A model generated the notes under the pieces. That model saw only the letters and a list, made by a program, of their open reading frames with translations, ran no database searches and was not told the origin of the DNA. Positions 38,105 through 47,488 of a stretch of DNA of 64,000 nt are shown one piece after another. Source of the stretch: an uncultured Bdellovibrionales bacterium (GTDB taxonomy: Bacteria; Patescibacteriota; Minisyncoccia; Moranbacterales; UBA1568); NCBI GenBank assembly GCA_964594215.1, contig CAZQLN010000001.1:39638-103637 (forward strand), in the 5' to 3' direction. Numbering within the stretch: the stretch's first letter is position 1; every line of letters begins with the position of its first letter. A program made the translations under genes and the position numbers.

Positions 38105-38776
38105 GTGTATTGGGTGTACCTCTTCCTCTGCGTCTTCGCTATTTTGACACCAGAGTTTATACAGTCTGGTACTTGGGTATTATCTCAGGATGACTTCGAA
38201 TCACTAGTCATCTTTGGTTTTGCTACACTCGGCCTTCTTCTGTACATCAGTAAAGAGAAAGCTTTTTTCAGAGCGCATGAAGAAAAAGTCACTCTGCAAA
38301 AGAAAACCAATACCATTTCCAAAGATCTTTCACAGTCGTACTCGTATATCGGAGAGATGAATCGTAAGCTAGACGTCATTCAGGAAGTCATTTTTGAATT
38401 ACCTAAGAAGACTCTTCTTAAAAGAAAAAAATCGACAGATCTCTACAAACCAGTTCTTGATGCTGCTAAGGTATTTGCTCGCACTGATAGAGCAGCACTA
38501 TTGGTTGTCGACACCAAAAAGAAGACCTGTATAGAGGGTATTGGAGAACAATTATTCAAATACTACAGTGCCGAATATCTCCTGGGTGCTAAAAAGTCTT
38601 TTTGGATGGAAGAGAAAGTCTTAATCGTTCGTTCACCATATGCCGCTGGGGGTAAGCATGTGTTTTTGTTGCTCGGTAAAGTGACTAACCACAGTGAAGA
38701 TATGGAACATTTACAAATCTTAGCCTCACAAGCTCTTCTCTTAGTAGTTCACGGAGAGGCCTCATCTCGTCATTAA
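38105..38776 (+). CDS. hypothetical membrane protein (two TM, coiled coil, GAF-like tail)
   Basis: Hydrophobic N-terminus, SYSYIGEMNRK coiled coil. Confidence 0.7.
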   Translation: MYWVYLFLCVFAILTPEFIQSGTWVLSQDDFESLVIFGFATLGLLLYISKEKAFFRAHEEKVTLQKKTNTISKDLSQSYSYIGEMNRKLDVIQEVIFELPKKTLLKRKKSTDLYKPVLDAAKVFARTDRAALLVVDTKKKTCIEGIGEQLFKYYSAEYLLGAKKSFWMEEKVLIVRSPYAAGGKHVFLLLGKVTNHSEDMEHLQILASQALLLVVHGEASSRH

Positions 38777-38780
38777 ACAT

Positions 38781-38913
38781 ATGCCCGGTATGACAATTGC
38801 AAGAATGACTTTTGATGAACTATCACAAAACATTAAACAATACATGATGAAACGTATTTTGATACTTAAAAATACTCTAGGGTCTAACTACTTGCAATTG
38901 TACTACCGGGTAT
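38781..38913 (+). other. 133-nt rod-like inverted-repeat structure (unassigned)
   Basis: 23-nt arms ATGCCCGGTATGACAATTGCAAG / CTTGCAATTGTACTACCGGGTAT with nested inner stems. Confidence 0.55.
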
Positions 38914-40006
38914 GCGCATAGGTATTGATGCTCGTTTTTACGGATCAGTAGGAAAAGGTCTTGGTCGATATACTGAGCGCTTAGTTCGTGAATTGGAAAA
39001 GATTGATACAGAGAATAGCTATTTTGTATTTCTGTGTCCGGAGAACTTTGACGAATATGAACCGGCTAATCCAAACTTTACGAAGATCCTGACATATTCT
39101 CGTTGGTACGGGATAGCTGAGCAGTTATGCTATCCTTGGGAACTTTACCTAAGACGTTTAGATCTGGTGCATTTTCCGCATTTCAATGTTCCTCTCTTAT
39201 ACAGAAGCCCGATGATCATGACACTCCATGATCTCATTCTTTTTCACTATCCTACAGAAAAAGCCACCACGAGAAAATCTTGGCAGTATTGGTTGAAGTT
39301 CCACGTGTATCGTTTTGTTTTGGCTCAAGCACTTAGACGAGCACGAACGGTTATTACGGTTTCTGATTTTACCAAGCAAGATATTCTCGCTAATTATCCT
39401 GGTGTAGGTACGAAGGTAGTGGTGACCAAAGAGGCGGCAGAATCCTTTTGTTATACGGCTTCAGAGGGTTCGCCGCATGGTATACTGAAGCCATACATGC
39501 TGTATGTAGGTAATGCCTACCCACATAAGAATCTGGAGATTTTTCTTTCTGTGGCTACGCGTTTTCCTGACTACGAATTTGTTTTAGTGGGCAAAGAAGA
39601 TTTTTTCTATAAGCGTTTGAAAACAGCAGTAGTTGCTCGCGCCATAGACAATATCATTTTTACCGGCTATGTAAGTGATCGAGAACTCGGGAGGCTGTAC
39701 CGTCACGCAAGCGCTTATATTTTCCCATCCCTCTACGAAGGTTTCGGCCTTCCACCACTCGAAGCTATGCAGTATGGAACACCCGTCCTCGCTTCCAACC
39801 GAGGCTCACTACCAGAAATCCTCGGTGAGGCAGCATTGTACTTTGATCCAGAACAAGAGAACGAGTTGTGTGAGCAGCTTGAGCGTATTATAAAAGACGA
39901 ACAGTTAAGGGTAGATCTTAGGCAAAAAGGCTATACCCAGGCCGCTAGCTATTCATGGGTACGTATGGCAGAACAAACACTTGAAGAATACAAAAAAGCA
40001 ATCTAA
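38912..40006 (+). CDS. GT4 family glycosyltransferase
   Basis: [27 protein letters not shown]. Confidence 0.92.
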   Translation: MRIGIDARFYGSVGKGLGRYTERLVRELEKIDTENSYFVFLCPENFDEYEPANPNFTKILTYSRWYGIAEQLCYPWELYLRRLDLVHFPHFNVPLLYRSPMIMTLHDLILFHYPTEKATTRKSWQYWLKFHVYRFVLAQALRRARTVITVSDFTKQDILANYPGVGTKVVVTKEAAESFCYTASEGSPHGILKPYMLYVGNAYPHKNLEIFLSVATRFPDYEFVLVGKEDFFYKRLKTAVVARAIDNIIFTGYVSDRELGRLYRHASAYIFPSLYEGFGLPPLEAMQYGTPVLASNRGSLPEILGEAALYFDPEQENELCEQLERIIKDEQLRVDLRQKGYTQAASYSWVRMAEQTLEEYKKAI

Positions 40007-40014
40007 AAAGGGTT

Positions 40015-42186
40015 ATGGATATTATTCGACCCCAAGGTGTCAAAAAAATGACTGATATTCAGTCATCAGAACCTTTAAATACAAACTCCATCCCTCGGCT
40101 CGAAGAAGAGTATGGCGAGTGGTTTACGGTTTCTGAGAATGAAATACAAGAAGAATTTGTACCTAGCTTCGTTCCGCCCTTGTTCGAATATACCCCTAAG
40201 AAGAAAAAATATTGGTATCGACGTATCCCGTTACGCACTCTCGTACTTGGTTTAGGCGGGTTTCTGATAGTTCTCGTGATGAGTAGCGGAGCGTTTCTAT
40301 TTTTTTCCCGAGGAGTGATTGAACAATCAGCAGAGAAAGGTTTCCTTTCCCTTGAAAAAGCTAAAGCAGCGCTTATCAATGAAGAATATGATGAAGCAGA
40401 CAAACAGTTTCGCCAAGCCAAGATCGCTTTTGAAGAAGCTCACGGTGCTATTCCATTTTGGACCCAGCCACTCTTAGCAGCCACCGCTTACATCCCAGGT
40501 TTGACCCAAGGAGCGAGTGCCCAAAACGTTTTGGTAGCAGGCATGCATATTGCTGAGGCCGGCCCTGCTTTTGTCGAATTAGCTAATGGGGTAGCAAGAA
40601 CCAAAGAAAATATAGAAGCGGGAAAAGAATTTTCCCTTTTGCGGTTTTTTGATGACACCAAGGCGCCACTGGCTAAGGCTCGTTTGGAACTTGGTTTAGC
40701 TGAGAAAGCTCTTCACAAAGTGAACCAAGCCGATGTACCGCTTGAGAAACGCAAAAGTTTTACTCTTGCTCAAGAACAGCTCCCAGCCTTCTTGGGTATT
40801 ATTGATACCTTAGAAAGTCATGAGGTGGTAATTCGAGAGTTATTGGGTAACAATGGGCCTCGGAAGTACCTTTTTTTACTGGAGAACAATCATGAGTTAC
40901 GCGCCACAGGAGGTTTCATTGGTTCATATGCGTTACTCGAAATGCAAGACGGGGTGGTGAAGAATTTTTTCGTTGATGGTATTTTCAATCCAGATGGTCA
41001 GCTTCGAGAAAATATTGTGCCACCAAAACCTCTTCAGAAAGTGAGTGCAGGTTGGAGCCTTCATGACAGTAACTGGTTTCCCGATTTTCCAACTTCGGCA
41101 GAGAAAGCCATCTTTTTCTACGAAAAAACTGGCGGACCGACAGTTGATGGGGTAGTGGTTATTACTCCAGCACTCACTCAGAAATTGCTTGAACTTACAG
41201 GACCTATTGTGCTTCCCGAATACGACATGACCGTGACAGCTGATAACTTTTTCCCGGTTATTCAGCAGGAAGTGGAAGTTAACTATGATAAGAAAGAAAA
41301 TAAACCAAAAGCGGTGCTGGCTGACCTTTCAACTATTTTATTTGAACGTTTACTCCATTCCAAAGATGAAAAAGTAATTTTCGGAACACTCAAAACAGTC
41401 ATTGAAAGTCTCAACCAGAAACAAATGATGCTCTATGTACGAGATGATCGAGTAGAAAATATTATCAAAAAGGCTGGTTGGTCCGGTGAAATACGCGCGA
41501 GCGACAAAGACTATCTTAATGTCATTCATTCCAATATCAACGGTTTTAAAACAGACGGGGTTATAGATGATAGTATTAAGCAAAAAGTTGAGATAGCTCC
41601 TGATGGGAGTGTCATAGATACTCTTCGTATTACTCGTAAACACACCGGAGGTAAAACACCTTATGAATGGTGGAACCGAGTGAATGCCAACTACATGCGA
41701 GTCTATGTGCCATTAGGTTCAGAACTACTAACGGCTGAGGGTCAGACATATGAGTTTCCAGAGTCACCACTTGATTACGACGCGCTTGGATTCAAGCGGG
41801 ATAAGACGGTAACTGATATTGAGGGAACAGAGCGTATCGATGAAGAGAGCGGTACTCGGATCACTGAAGAAGCAGGGAAAACAGTCTTTGGTAATTGGGT
41901 ATACGTAAGTCCTCAGGAAGAAGTCACGGTAGAATATCGCTACAAACTTCCCTTCAAGATCATTCCAGGAGGGGCTAATGATGGCAATACCTCAAGCTAC
42001 TCGCTTCTTATCCAGAAACAGGCAGGTACTCCAGGTGCAGCTGTAGATGTCGAGGTGGTCTATCCTGAGGGTTTTGAGCCCATTTGGCAGACTGGTCAGA
42101 ATTTGGTACCGTATGAACATACTTTTCGTCTGAATGAGAAGCTTGTGACAGACCTGTTTCTTGGGGTGGCTTTTGATAAGCCATAA
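40015..42186 (+). CDS. DUF4012-domain membrane-anchored protein
   Basis: YLFLLENNHELRATGGFIG, DSNWFPDFPTSA, DGV, YMRVYVP, QKQAG. Confidence 0.85.
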   Translation: MDIIRPQGVKKMTDIQSSEPLNTNSIPRLEEEYGEWFTVSENEIQEEFVPSFVPPLFEYTPKKKKYWYRRIPLRTLVLGLGGFLIVLVMSSGAFLFFSRGVIEQSAEKGFLSLEKAKAALINEEYDEADKQFRQAKIAFEEAHGAIPFWTQPLLAATAYIPGLTQGASAQNVLVAGMHIAEAGPAFVELANGVARTKENIEAGKEFSLLRFFDDTKAPLAKARLELGLAEKALHKVNQADVPLEKRKSFTLAQEQLPAFLGIIDTLESHEVVIRELLGNNGPRKYLFLLENNHELRATGGFIGSYALLEMQDGVVKNFFVDGIFNPDGQLRENIVPPKPLQKVSAGWSLHDSNWFPDFPTSAEKAIFFYEKTGGPTVDGVVVITPALTQKLLELTGPIVLPEYDMTVTADNFFPVIQQEVEVNYDKKENKPKAVLADLSTILFERLLHSKDEKVIFGTLKTVIESLNQKQMMLYVRDDRVENIIKKAGWSGEIRASDKDYLNVIHSNINGFKTDGVIDDSIKQKVEIAPDGSVIDTLRITRKHTGGKTPYEWWNRVNANYMRVYVPLGSELLTAEGQTYEFPESPLDYDALGFKRDKTVTDIEGTERIDEESGTRITEEAGKTVFGNWVYVSPQEEVTVEYRYKLPFKIIPGGANDGNTSSYSLLIQKQAGTPGAAVDVEVVYPEGFEPIWQTGQNLVPYEHTFRLNEKLVTDLFLGVAFDKP

Positions 42187-42228
42187 TGAAGAAAGAGGCT
42201 CTTTTTGTTTGAATATCACACAGATACC

Positions 42229-43884
42229 ATGGTTGCTAAAATTGTTTCACGTCTATCAATTTGGAATACCACCCCGACCAAAACTATCGGAGGGGCGGCT
42301 TTGTTGATAGCTCTTTCAGGGGTAGCTAGTCGTATCTTAGGGTTTGTCCGTGACCGTATTCTCGCTACCCAGTTTGGAGCTGGTGATGTTTTGGATGCTT
42401 ACTACACAGCCTTTCGTATTCCTGATCTTTTGTATGGTCTCCTCATCGCCGGTGCTCTTTCGGCGGCTTTTGTGCCGATTTTCACAGAACTGGTATCTGA
42501 GAAGAAGGATGAGGAAGCATGGAAGCTGACTTCAGGGGTACTTTCTCTTATTGGTATGACTCTTGGACTCTTAGGACTTCTTGGTATTCTTTGTGCGCCT
42601 TATTTTCTCATAGCTTTGGCACCAGGCTTCGGTGAAGAGAAGATGGCTCTCACTGTCACTCTGACACGCATCATGCTCCTCTCACCTCTTTTCTTAGGTG
42701 CAAGTGCTGTCTTTGGAGGGGTATTGATCTCACTTAAGCGTTTCGCTGCCTACGCTTTAGCGCCAGTTTTTTATAACCTCGGCATTATTTTTGGAGCTGT
42801 CTTTTTGACGAAAAGTCTAGGGGTGAGCGGTCTTGCCTGGGGAGTGGTATTGGGCGCAGTTTTGCACATGGCTATTCAGTATCCAGCCATTAAACAGGCA
42901 GGCTTTTCATACCGGGGAACATTTGCTCAATTTAGAAAAGACGCTCTCATCCGTAAAGTGATTGTTCTGATGATTCCGCGCTCGCTCTCCATGGGGGTTA
43001 CTCAGGTAAGTTTGCTTGCCGTTACTGCTTTTGCCTCACTCTTGGCTTCGGGGAGTCTTGCATCATATACTTTTGCTAATAATATTCAGAGTGTTCCCTT
43101 AGGTCTTTTCGGAATTGCTTTTTCGCTCGCGGTATTTCCAAGTCTCAGTGTTTACGCTGCTAAGAAACAAGAGGATGCTTTTTTTCGTACCCTGGCTGAA
43201 ACTGCTCGCCGTATTCTCTTTTTTGTTATCCCGCTTTCTATCGCTCTCATTATTTTCCGCGCCCAGTTTGTCCGTGTCATTCTCGGAGCTGGTAACTTCG
43301 ACTGGGAAGATACGATTCTTACCTTTGAAATCCTCAAGTTTTTTGCCATGAGTTTATTTGCCCAAAGTCTCATCCCACTTTTTGCACGTGCCTTTTTCGC
43401 TTTTCAGAATACCCGAACCCCACTGTTTATTGCTCTCGCTAGTGAAGCGCTCCATATTGGGAGTATTCCGTTTCTCTTGCGATACTTTGATGTTGAAGGG
43501 CTGGCGATTGCTTTTACCTTAGGTAGTATCATGAACATTGCTCTTCTGTACTTCTTTTTTCGAGCTCACATCAAGAGCTGGGATGATCGGGCTTTTCTGG
43601 CACCAATCTTCAAGATTACTTTTGCTGCTGCTTTGGCTGGTATTATCGCTCAGTTCTCCAAATCACTCTTTGCTCTGACGACAAATGAGCTTGATACATT
43701 TGTCGAGGTCTTTCTACAGTTGATTATCGGTCTTACCATTGGAGGAGTATCATATGTTTTCTTTTGTTTCTGGCTTCGTGTGAGTGAGCTTGATCTTCTT
43801 AGGCGTTTTCTTTTGCACAAAATTCTCCGTCAGCCGGAGACGGTAGCATTGGCTGAAGATCATCCGGAACGAGGAGAATGGTAG
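42229..43884 (+). CDS. murJ: lipid II flippase
   Basis: SRILGFVRD, DAYYTAFRIPD, AFVP; many TM segments. Confidence 0.93.
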   Translation: MVAKIVSRLSIWNTTPTKTIGGAALLIALSGVASRILGFVRDRILATQFGAGDVLDAYYTAFRIPDLLYGLLIAGALSAAFVPIFTELVSEKKDEEAWKLTSGVLSLIGMTLGLLGLLGILCAPYFLIALAPGFGEEKMALTVTLTRIMLLSPLFLGASAVFGGVLISLKRFAAYALAPVFYNLGIIFGAVFLTKSLGVSGLAWGVVLGAVLHMAIQYPAIKQAGFSYRGTFAQFRKDALIRKVIVLMIPRSLSMGVTQVSLLAVTAFASLLASGSLASYTFANNIQSVPLGLFGIAFSLAVFPSLSVYAAKKQEDAFFRTLAETARRILFFVIPLSIALIIFRAQFVRVILGAGNFDWEDTILTFEILKFFAMSLFAQSLIPLFARAFFAFQNTRTPLFIALASEALHIGSIPFLLRYFDVEGLAIAFTLGSIMNIALLYFFFRAHIKSWDDRAFLAPIFKITFAAALAGIIAQFSKSLFALTTNELDTFVEVFLQLIIGLTIGGVSYVFFCFWLRVSELDLLRRFLLHKILRQPETVALAEDHPERGEW

Positions 43885-43892
43885 GGGGTAAT

Positions 43893-44026
43893 GAAAGTCG
43901 AGCAGAACTTTTTTCTGCTACCGTCAAAATCCAGCGCATTTTGACTACGGAGTCGCTCGAGACTTTTTTACAAAAAGGCCATGCTCTCTCGCTCCTAAGC
44001 GCGCAGAAAAAATTCTACTGACTTTC
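43893..44026 (-). ncRNA. unassigned structured element, copy A
   Basis: ~24-bp closing stem enclosing GCGCG, GCATGG, GAGCGA, loop GCGCTGG, GGTAG; a G-U pair favours the - strand. Confidence 0.6.
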
Positions 44027-44056
44027 TCAATGAAAAAAGTGAAATGAAGAGAAAAT

Positions 44057-44077
44057 AAAAAAACAGCCTAAAGCTGT
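44057..44077 (-). terminator. intrinsic terminator of the 44137-44517 gene
   Basis: - strand ACAGCTTTAGGCTGT followed by a T run. Confidence 0.6.
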
Positions 44078-44136
44078 ATAGTACAGAATATAAGAATTGA
44101 GTTAGGAGGGATGCACGCTGTGCAGAGCCCTCCCGG

Positions 44137-44517
44137 TTAAGACCCTCCGGTCTTGTGGCGCCATTTCATCACCTGACGTTGGTATGGCAGAGATATACTG
44201 AGGCTGACGCCCGACAAGAATCCCCAGTTGTACCAGCCGTTGTTTGACGACGAGTACACAGACACTGAGTCTGAAAAAACGGAGATGAGCAGGGCGGGCC
44301 ATGCAATCAGTCCGTGCCAAACTCCAGACCAGAATCCAGACACAGTCACTGGTGTTGGTATGGCGTGGTATCCCGCAAATATCATTGCGTATACGCTGGC
44401 GTACCAGATCAACGCAATGCGACGGTAGAATCGATCGTCCAGAGTGAATCTCTCGACTCCTTCCAAGATCTTCATGACTGGATAGCCAATCAGAGACCAT
44501 TTGAGTTTCGCGTCCAT
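44137..44517 (-). CDS. hypothetical membrane protein (GFWxGxWHG...N.GWYxxGF type)
   Basis: GGGAGG SD, promoter at 44629-44601, hydrophobic segments. Confidence 0.75.
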   Translation of the reverse strand: MDAKLKWSLIGYPVMKILEGVERFTLDDRFYRRIALIWYASVYAMIFAGYHAIPTPVTVSGFWSGVWHGLIAWPALLISVFSDSVSVYSSSNNGWYNWGFLSGVSLSISLPYQRQVMKWRHKTGGS

Positions 44518-44600
44518 GAATTATACCCTCCCAAGGCATATTGGTGGGGGATTAACCCCGAGGAACTGTTGTTGGGGAGCGAATCTCACCACAACACGCC

Positions 44601-44629
44601 ATTATACACCTAAAATAAGAAAAAGTCAA
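44601..44629 (-). promoter_or_regulatory. sigma70 promoter
   Basis: TTGACT-N17-TATAAT; shares TTTTAGGTGTATAAT with the 9104-9076 promoter. Confidence 0.8.
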
Positions 44630-44700
44630 TACCATGGGAGTGATAGATAAAGAGTGGTGAAAGTGTTGCTATTATGCCTAAAATAAGGCATAATAGGCAC

Positions 44701-44843
44701 AAAGAATCATTTTCTTTTCTTGAGCGCGTATTTCTTGCGAAGCGGGCATGGTTCACGAACGAGGTGAGTGAGAGCGAGCAAGAACCACAACGAACTCCTC
44801 GCTGGGGAGTGAGTGGTAGATCAAGAAAAGAAAATGATTTTTT
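44701..44843 (+). ncRNA. unassigned structured element, copy B
   Basis: 23-bp closing stem (22 Watson-Crick plus 1 G-U) enclosing the same five motifs as copy A; ends 18 nt before the lepA ATG. Confidence 0.6.
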
Positions 44844-44861
44844 CATCTAAGTTAAAAGATC

Positions 44862-46670
44862 ATGCGTCAAGAAAACATTCGCAACTTTTGTATTATTGCT
44901 CACATTGATCACGGGAAGTCTACATTGGCTGACCGCTTATTGGAGCTGACCAAGACTGTAGAGAAGCGCAAAATGAAAGAGCAGCTTCTAGACCAGATGG
45001 ATCTCGAGCGCGAACGAGGCATCACTATCAAATTACAACCGGTGCAGATGGAGGTGCACCAAGATGGGATTGACTATCTCCTCAATCTTATCGACACTCC
45101 TGGCCATGTTGATTTTCACTATGAGGTATCGAGATCCCTCGCCGCAGTAGAGGGCGCTGTGCTTTTGGTAGATGCCACTAAGGGCGTGCAGGCTCAAACC
45201 CTCGCTAACCTCTATTTAGCTATCGAGCAGGGACTGGAGATTATTCCTGTCGTTAACAAGGTGGATCTTCCCAATGCCGAAGTGGCTAAAACTAAGAAGG
45301 AAATTATCCATATTTTGGGCTGTAAAGAAGAGGATATCTTGGAGGCATCGGGCAAAACTGGTCTTGGAGTGGATACAGTGCTAAAAGAAATCATCAAGCG
45401 TGTCCCTGCTCCTGACGGAGATGAGGAAGCTCCGCTTAGAGCTCTTATTTTTGATTCAGTCTATGATACCTATAAAGGTGTGGTGGCTTATGTGAAGGTG
45501 GTTGATGGAACACTCAAGCGAGACGATATTCTCCATATGCTGGCTACTGAGAAAGAAAGTGTTACGGTCGAAGTTGGTTGTTTCAAGCCGATGATGACAG
45601 CTACCCCTATGCTTCTAGCGGGTGATATCGGCTATATTGCGACAGGCTTGAAGAATGTCAATTTTTGTCGAGTAGGAGATACGATCACTAAGAAGATCCC
45701 TGATCTTGAGAAGATGAGAGGTCTCCTATCTCTTCCTGGGTATCGGGAAATCAAACCGACTGTGTATGCGAGCTTCTACCCACTTGAGGGTGATGAGTAT
45801 ACTTTCATGCGTGATGCTCTGGATAAACTAAAACTCAATGATGCTGCTTTTGAATTCGAACCAGAAAGTAATCAGGCTTTGGGGAGGGGATTTCGTTGTG
45901 GTTTTCTCGGACTTCTTCATCTAGAAATCATTCAAGCCCGATTGGAGCGTGAATTCAATATTTTCCCAACTATTACGACACCCTCAGTAGTTTATGAACT
46001 TCAGATGAGAGGTAGTGAGGAGCGCGTACCTCTGTATGCGCCGACTGATATGCCTGATCCAGCCACGGTGGAGAAAATTTTTGAGCCGTATGTTACGCTC
46101 TCTCTGGTGGTTCCAAGTGAGTATCTTGGAAATGTGATGAGTCTAACCCAGAGTATCAGAGCTATTTACAAAAACACGGAGTATATCGATGCTAGTCGTG
46201 TCTACCTTACCTTTGAAGCACCGCTTATGGATGTGATTGTCAATTTTCACGATGACCTCAAGAGTGTATCTTCAGGTTACGCTTCGATGAACTACGAACT
46301 GATCGGTTATCGGGAGAGTGATGTGGTGAAGCTCGATATCTTGGTGGCAGGGGATCGTGTCGACGCCTTCTCACGTATGGTTCCCAAAAATCTTGCCATG
46401 ATTGAAGGTAAACGTACGGTAGAAAAACTCAAAGACGTTATTCCGCGTCAGAACTTCGCTATTGCTATCCAAGCCACCATTGGAGGAAAGATTATTGCTC
46501 GAGAAACGGTGGCTGCTTTTCGTAAAGATGTTACTAGCAAACTGTATGGTGGGGATTTTTCACGTAAGAAAAAACTTTTAGAGAAACAAAAAAAGGGAAA
46601 GAAAAAGATGCGTGACCTCGGTAAGGTTTCTATTCCTTCGACGGCCTTTCTTGCGGTGCTTCGGAAGTAG
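44862..46670 (+). CDS. lepA: elongation factor 4
   Basis: IRNFCIIAHIDHGKSTLADR, ERERGITIK, GFRCGFLGLLH, KLYGGD...KQKKGKKKM. Confidence 0.97.
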   Translation: MRQENIRNFCIIAHIDHGKSTLADRLLELTKTVEKRKMKEQLLDQMDLERERGITIKLQPVQMEVHQDGIDYLLNLIDTPGHVDFHYEVSRSLAAVEGAVLLVDATKGVQAQTLANLYLAIEQGLEIIPVVNKVDLPNAEVAKTKKEIIHILGCKEEDILEASGKTGLGVDTVLKEIIKRVPAPDGDEEAPLRALIFDSVYDTYKGVVAYVKVVDGTLKRDDILHMLATEKESVTVEVGCFKPMMTATPMLLAGDIGYIATGLKNVNFCRVGDTITKKIPDLEKMRGLLSLPGYREIKPTVYASFYPLEGDEYTFMRDALDKLKLNDAAFEFEPESNQALGRGFRCGFLGLLHLEIIQARLEREFNIFPTITTPSVVYELQMRGSEERVPLYAPTDMPDPATVEKIFEPYVTLSLVVPSEYLGNVMSLTQSIRAIYKNTEYIDASRVYLTFEAPLMDVIVNFHDDLKSVSSGYASMNYELIGYRESDVVKLDILVAGDRVDAFSRMVPKNLAMIEGKRTVEKLKDVIPRQNFAIAIQATIGGKIIARETVAAFRKDVTSKLYGGDFSRKKKLLEKQKKGKKKMRDLGKVSIPSTAFLAVLRK

Positions 46671-46685
46671 AGAATAAGTCTCATG

Positions 46686-46733
46686 AAAAATGAAAATCCC
46701 CGCCGAGCACTGCTTGGGGGGGGATTTCATTTT
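46686..46733. terminator. bidirectional terminator
   Basis: AAAATGAAAATCCCC...GGGGATTTCATTTT between convergent genes. Confidence 0.75.
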
Positions 46734-46750
46734 CTCTCACGCTGGAGAGG

Positions 46751-46909
46751 TTAGCGGGTAGGAGTTTCCGCGGTGGCTGCCGACAAGGGTTTTTTGTCAG
46801 GCGGCTTTTCATACGAGAAATAGTTCAACGCTACGGCAACCATGAGGGCAAGTATCACGTATTCGATCGTGCTTGCGCCCCGTTCATCACGTAGGAATTT
46901 TTTCAACAT
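46751..46909 (-). CDS. Flp-family type IVb pilin (52 aa; not in the ORF track)
   Basis: My translation: MLKKFLRDERG|ASTIEYVILALMVAVALNYFSYEKPPDKKPLSAATAETPTR, with the G|xxxxEY Flp motif. Confidence 0.75.
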   Translation of the reverse strand: MLKKFLRDERGASTIEYVILALMVAVALNYFSYEKPPDKKPLSAATAETPTR

Positions 46910-47085
46910 GAGGCGAGTCTCCTGTCAGGCTCTTCTGGGTTGGGGTCCCAAATCGCTTGGTCTTCTTCGCTCTCACGACGCTGTTTGGCATCGTACTCAG
47001 CGAGCAGGGTTTCGGCTTTTTTGACCACCGCAGCCGTAGCTACGAAGGTTGTCACAGCCATGAGAAGTTTGTTCTTGAGTGTCAT
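46903..47085 (-). CDS. small hypothetical protein with hydrophobic N-terminus
   Basis: GAGGGGG SD; its stop overlaps the Flp ATG. Confidence 0.55.
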   Translation of the reverse strand: MTLKNKLLMAVTTFVATAAVVKKAETLLAEYDAKQRRESEEDQAIWDPNPEEPDRRLASC

Positions 47086-47111
47086 TTTCTGCCCCCTCTG
47101 TTTTAGAAAAA

Positions 47112-47321
47112 TCAGTGATTGTCTTCGACAAAGCAGTTCAAACGCTGTTGCTTCGGATCTTCCTTGCAGGGCATGATCCGAGCCAGCTTTTGTCCTTCAG
47201 TATTTTCGACTGAGGTAGCGTTGCTCGCGTAGAGAGCGCCAATTCCTGTGCCAATGATGGCTACAATGAAAATGGCCTCTACGATACGCTTGAACGCAGC
47301 ATCATTCTGGTAACGAGACAT
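47112..47321 (-). CDS. small single-TM protein
   Basis: AGGGAG SD, promoter at 47403-47375, C-terminal Cys pair. Confidence 0.6.
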   Translation of the reverse strand: MSRYQNDAAFKRIVEAIFIVAIIGTGIGALYASNATSVENTEGQKLARIMPCKEDPKQQRLNCFVEDNH

Positions 47322-47374
47322 AAACCATTTCTCCCTTTCTTCGTTCAGTTTGTAAGGTTCAATACTAACCGTAT

Positions 47375-47403
47375 ATTATACTCCTATTTTAGTCAAAAGT
47401 CAA
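47375..47403 (-). promoter_or_regulatory. sigma70 promoter
   Basis: TTGACT-N17-TATAAT. Confidence 0.8.
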
Positions 47404-47488
47404 TAGTTAGGCAAGGAGTCTCAAAGCCTCCACGAACTCTAAATTTCTTGCTATACTGAGAGTATAATATTTCTCAATATAAAGTTTT

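Noticed and set aside
38838-38860. Hammerhead-like ATGATGA..AAC loop
   Set aside because: Lacks CUGANGA and the three-stem junction
44744-44806. Words shared with the HDV genomic ribozyme (GGCATGG, CTCCTCGCTGG) in element B
   Set aside because: I cannot build the HDV P1/P2/P3 nested pseudoknot, and copy A lacks CTCCT; treated as coincidence pending a descriptor search
44610-44846. 78-aa ORF on the - strand
   Set aside because: Overlaps element B, the palindrome and a promoter; no SD or recognisable features
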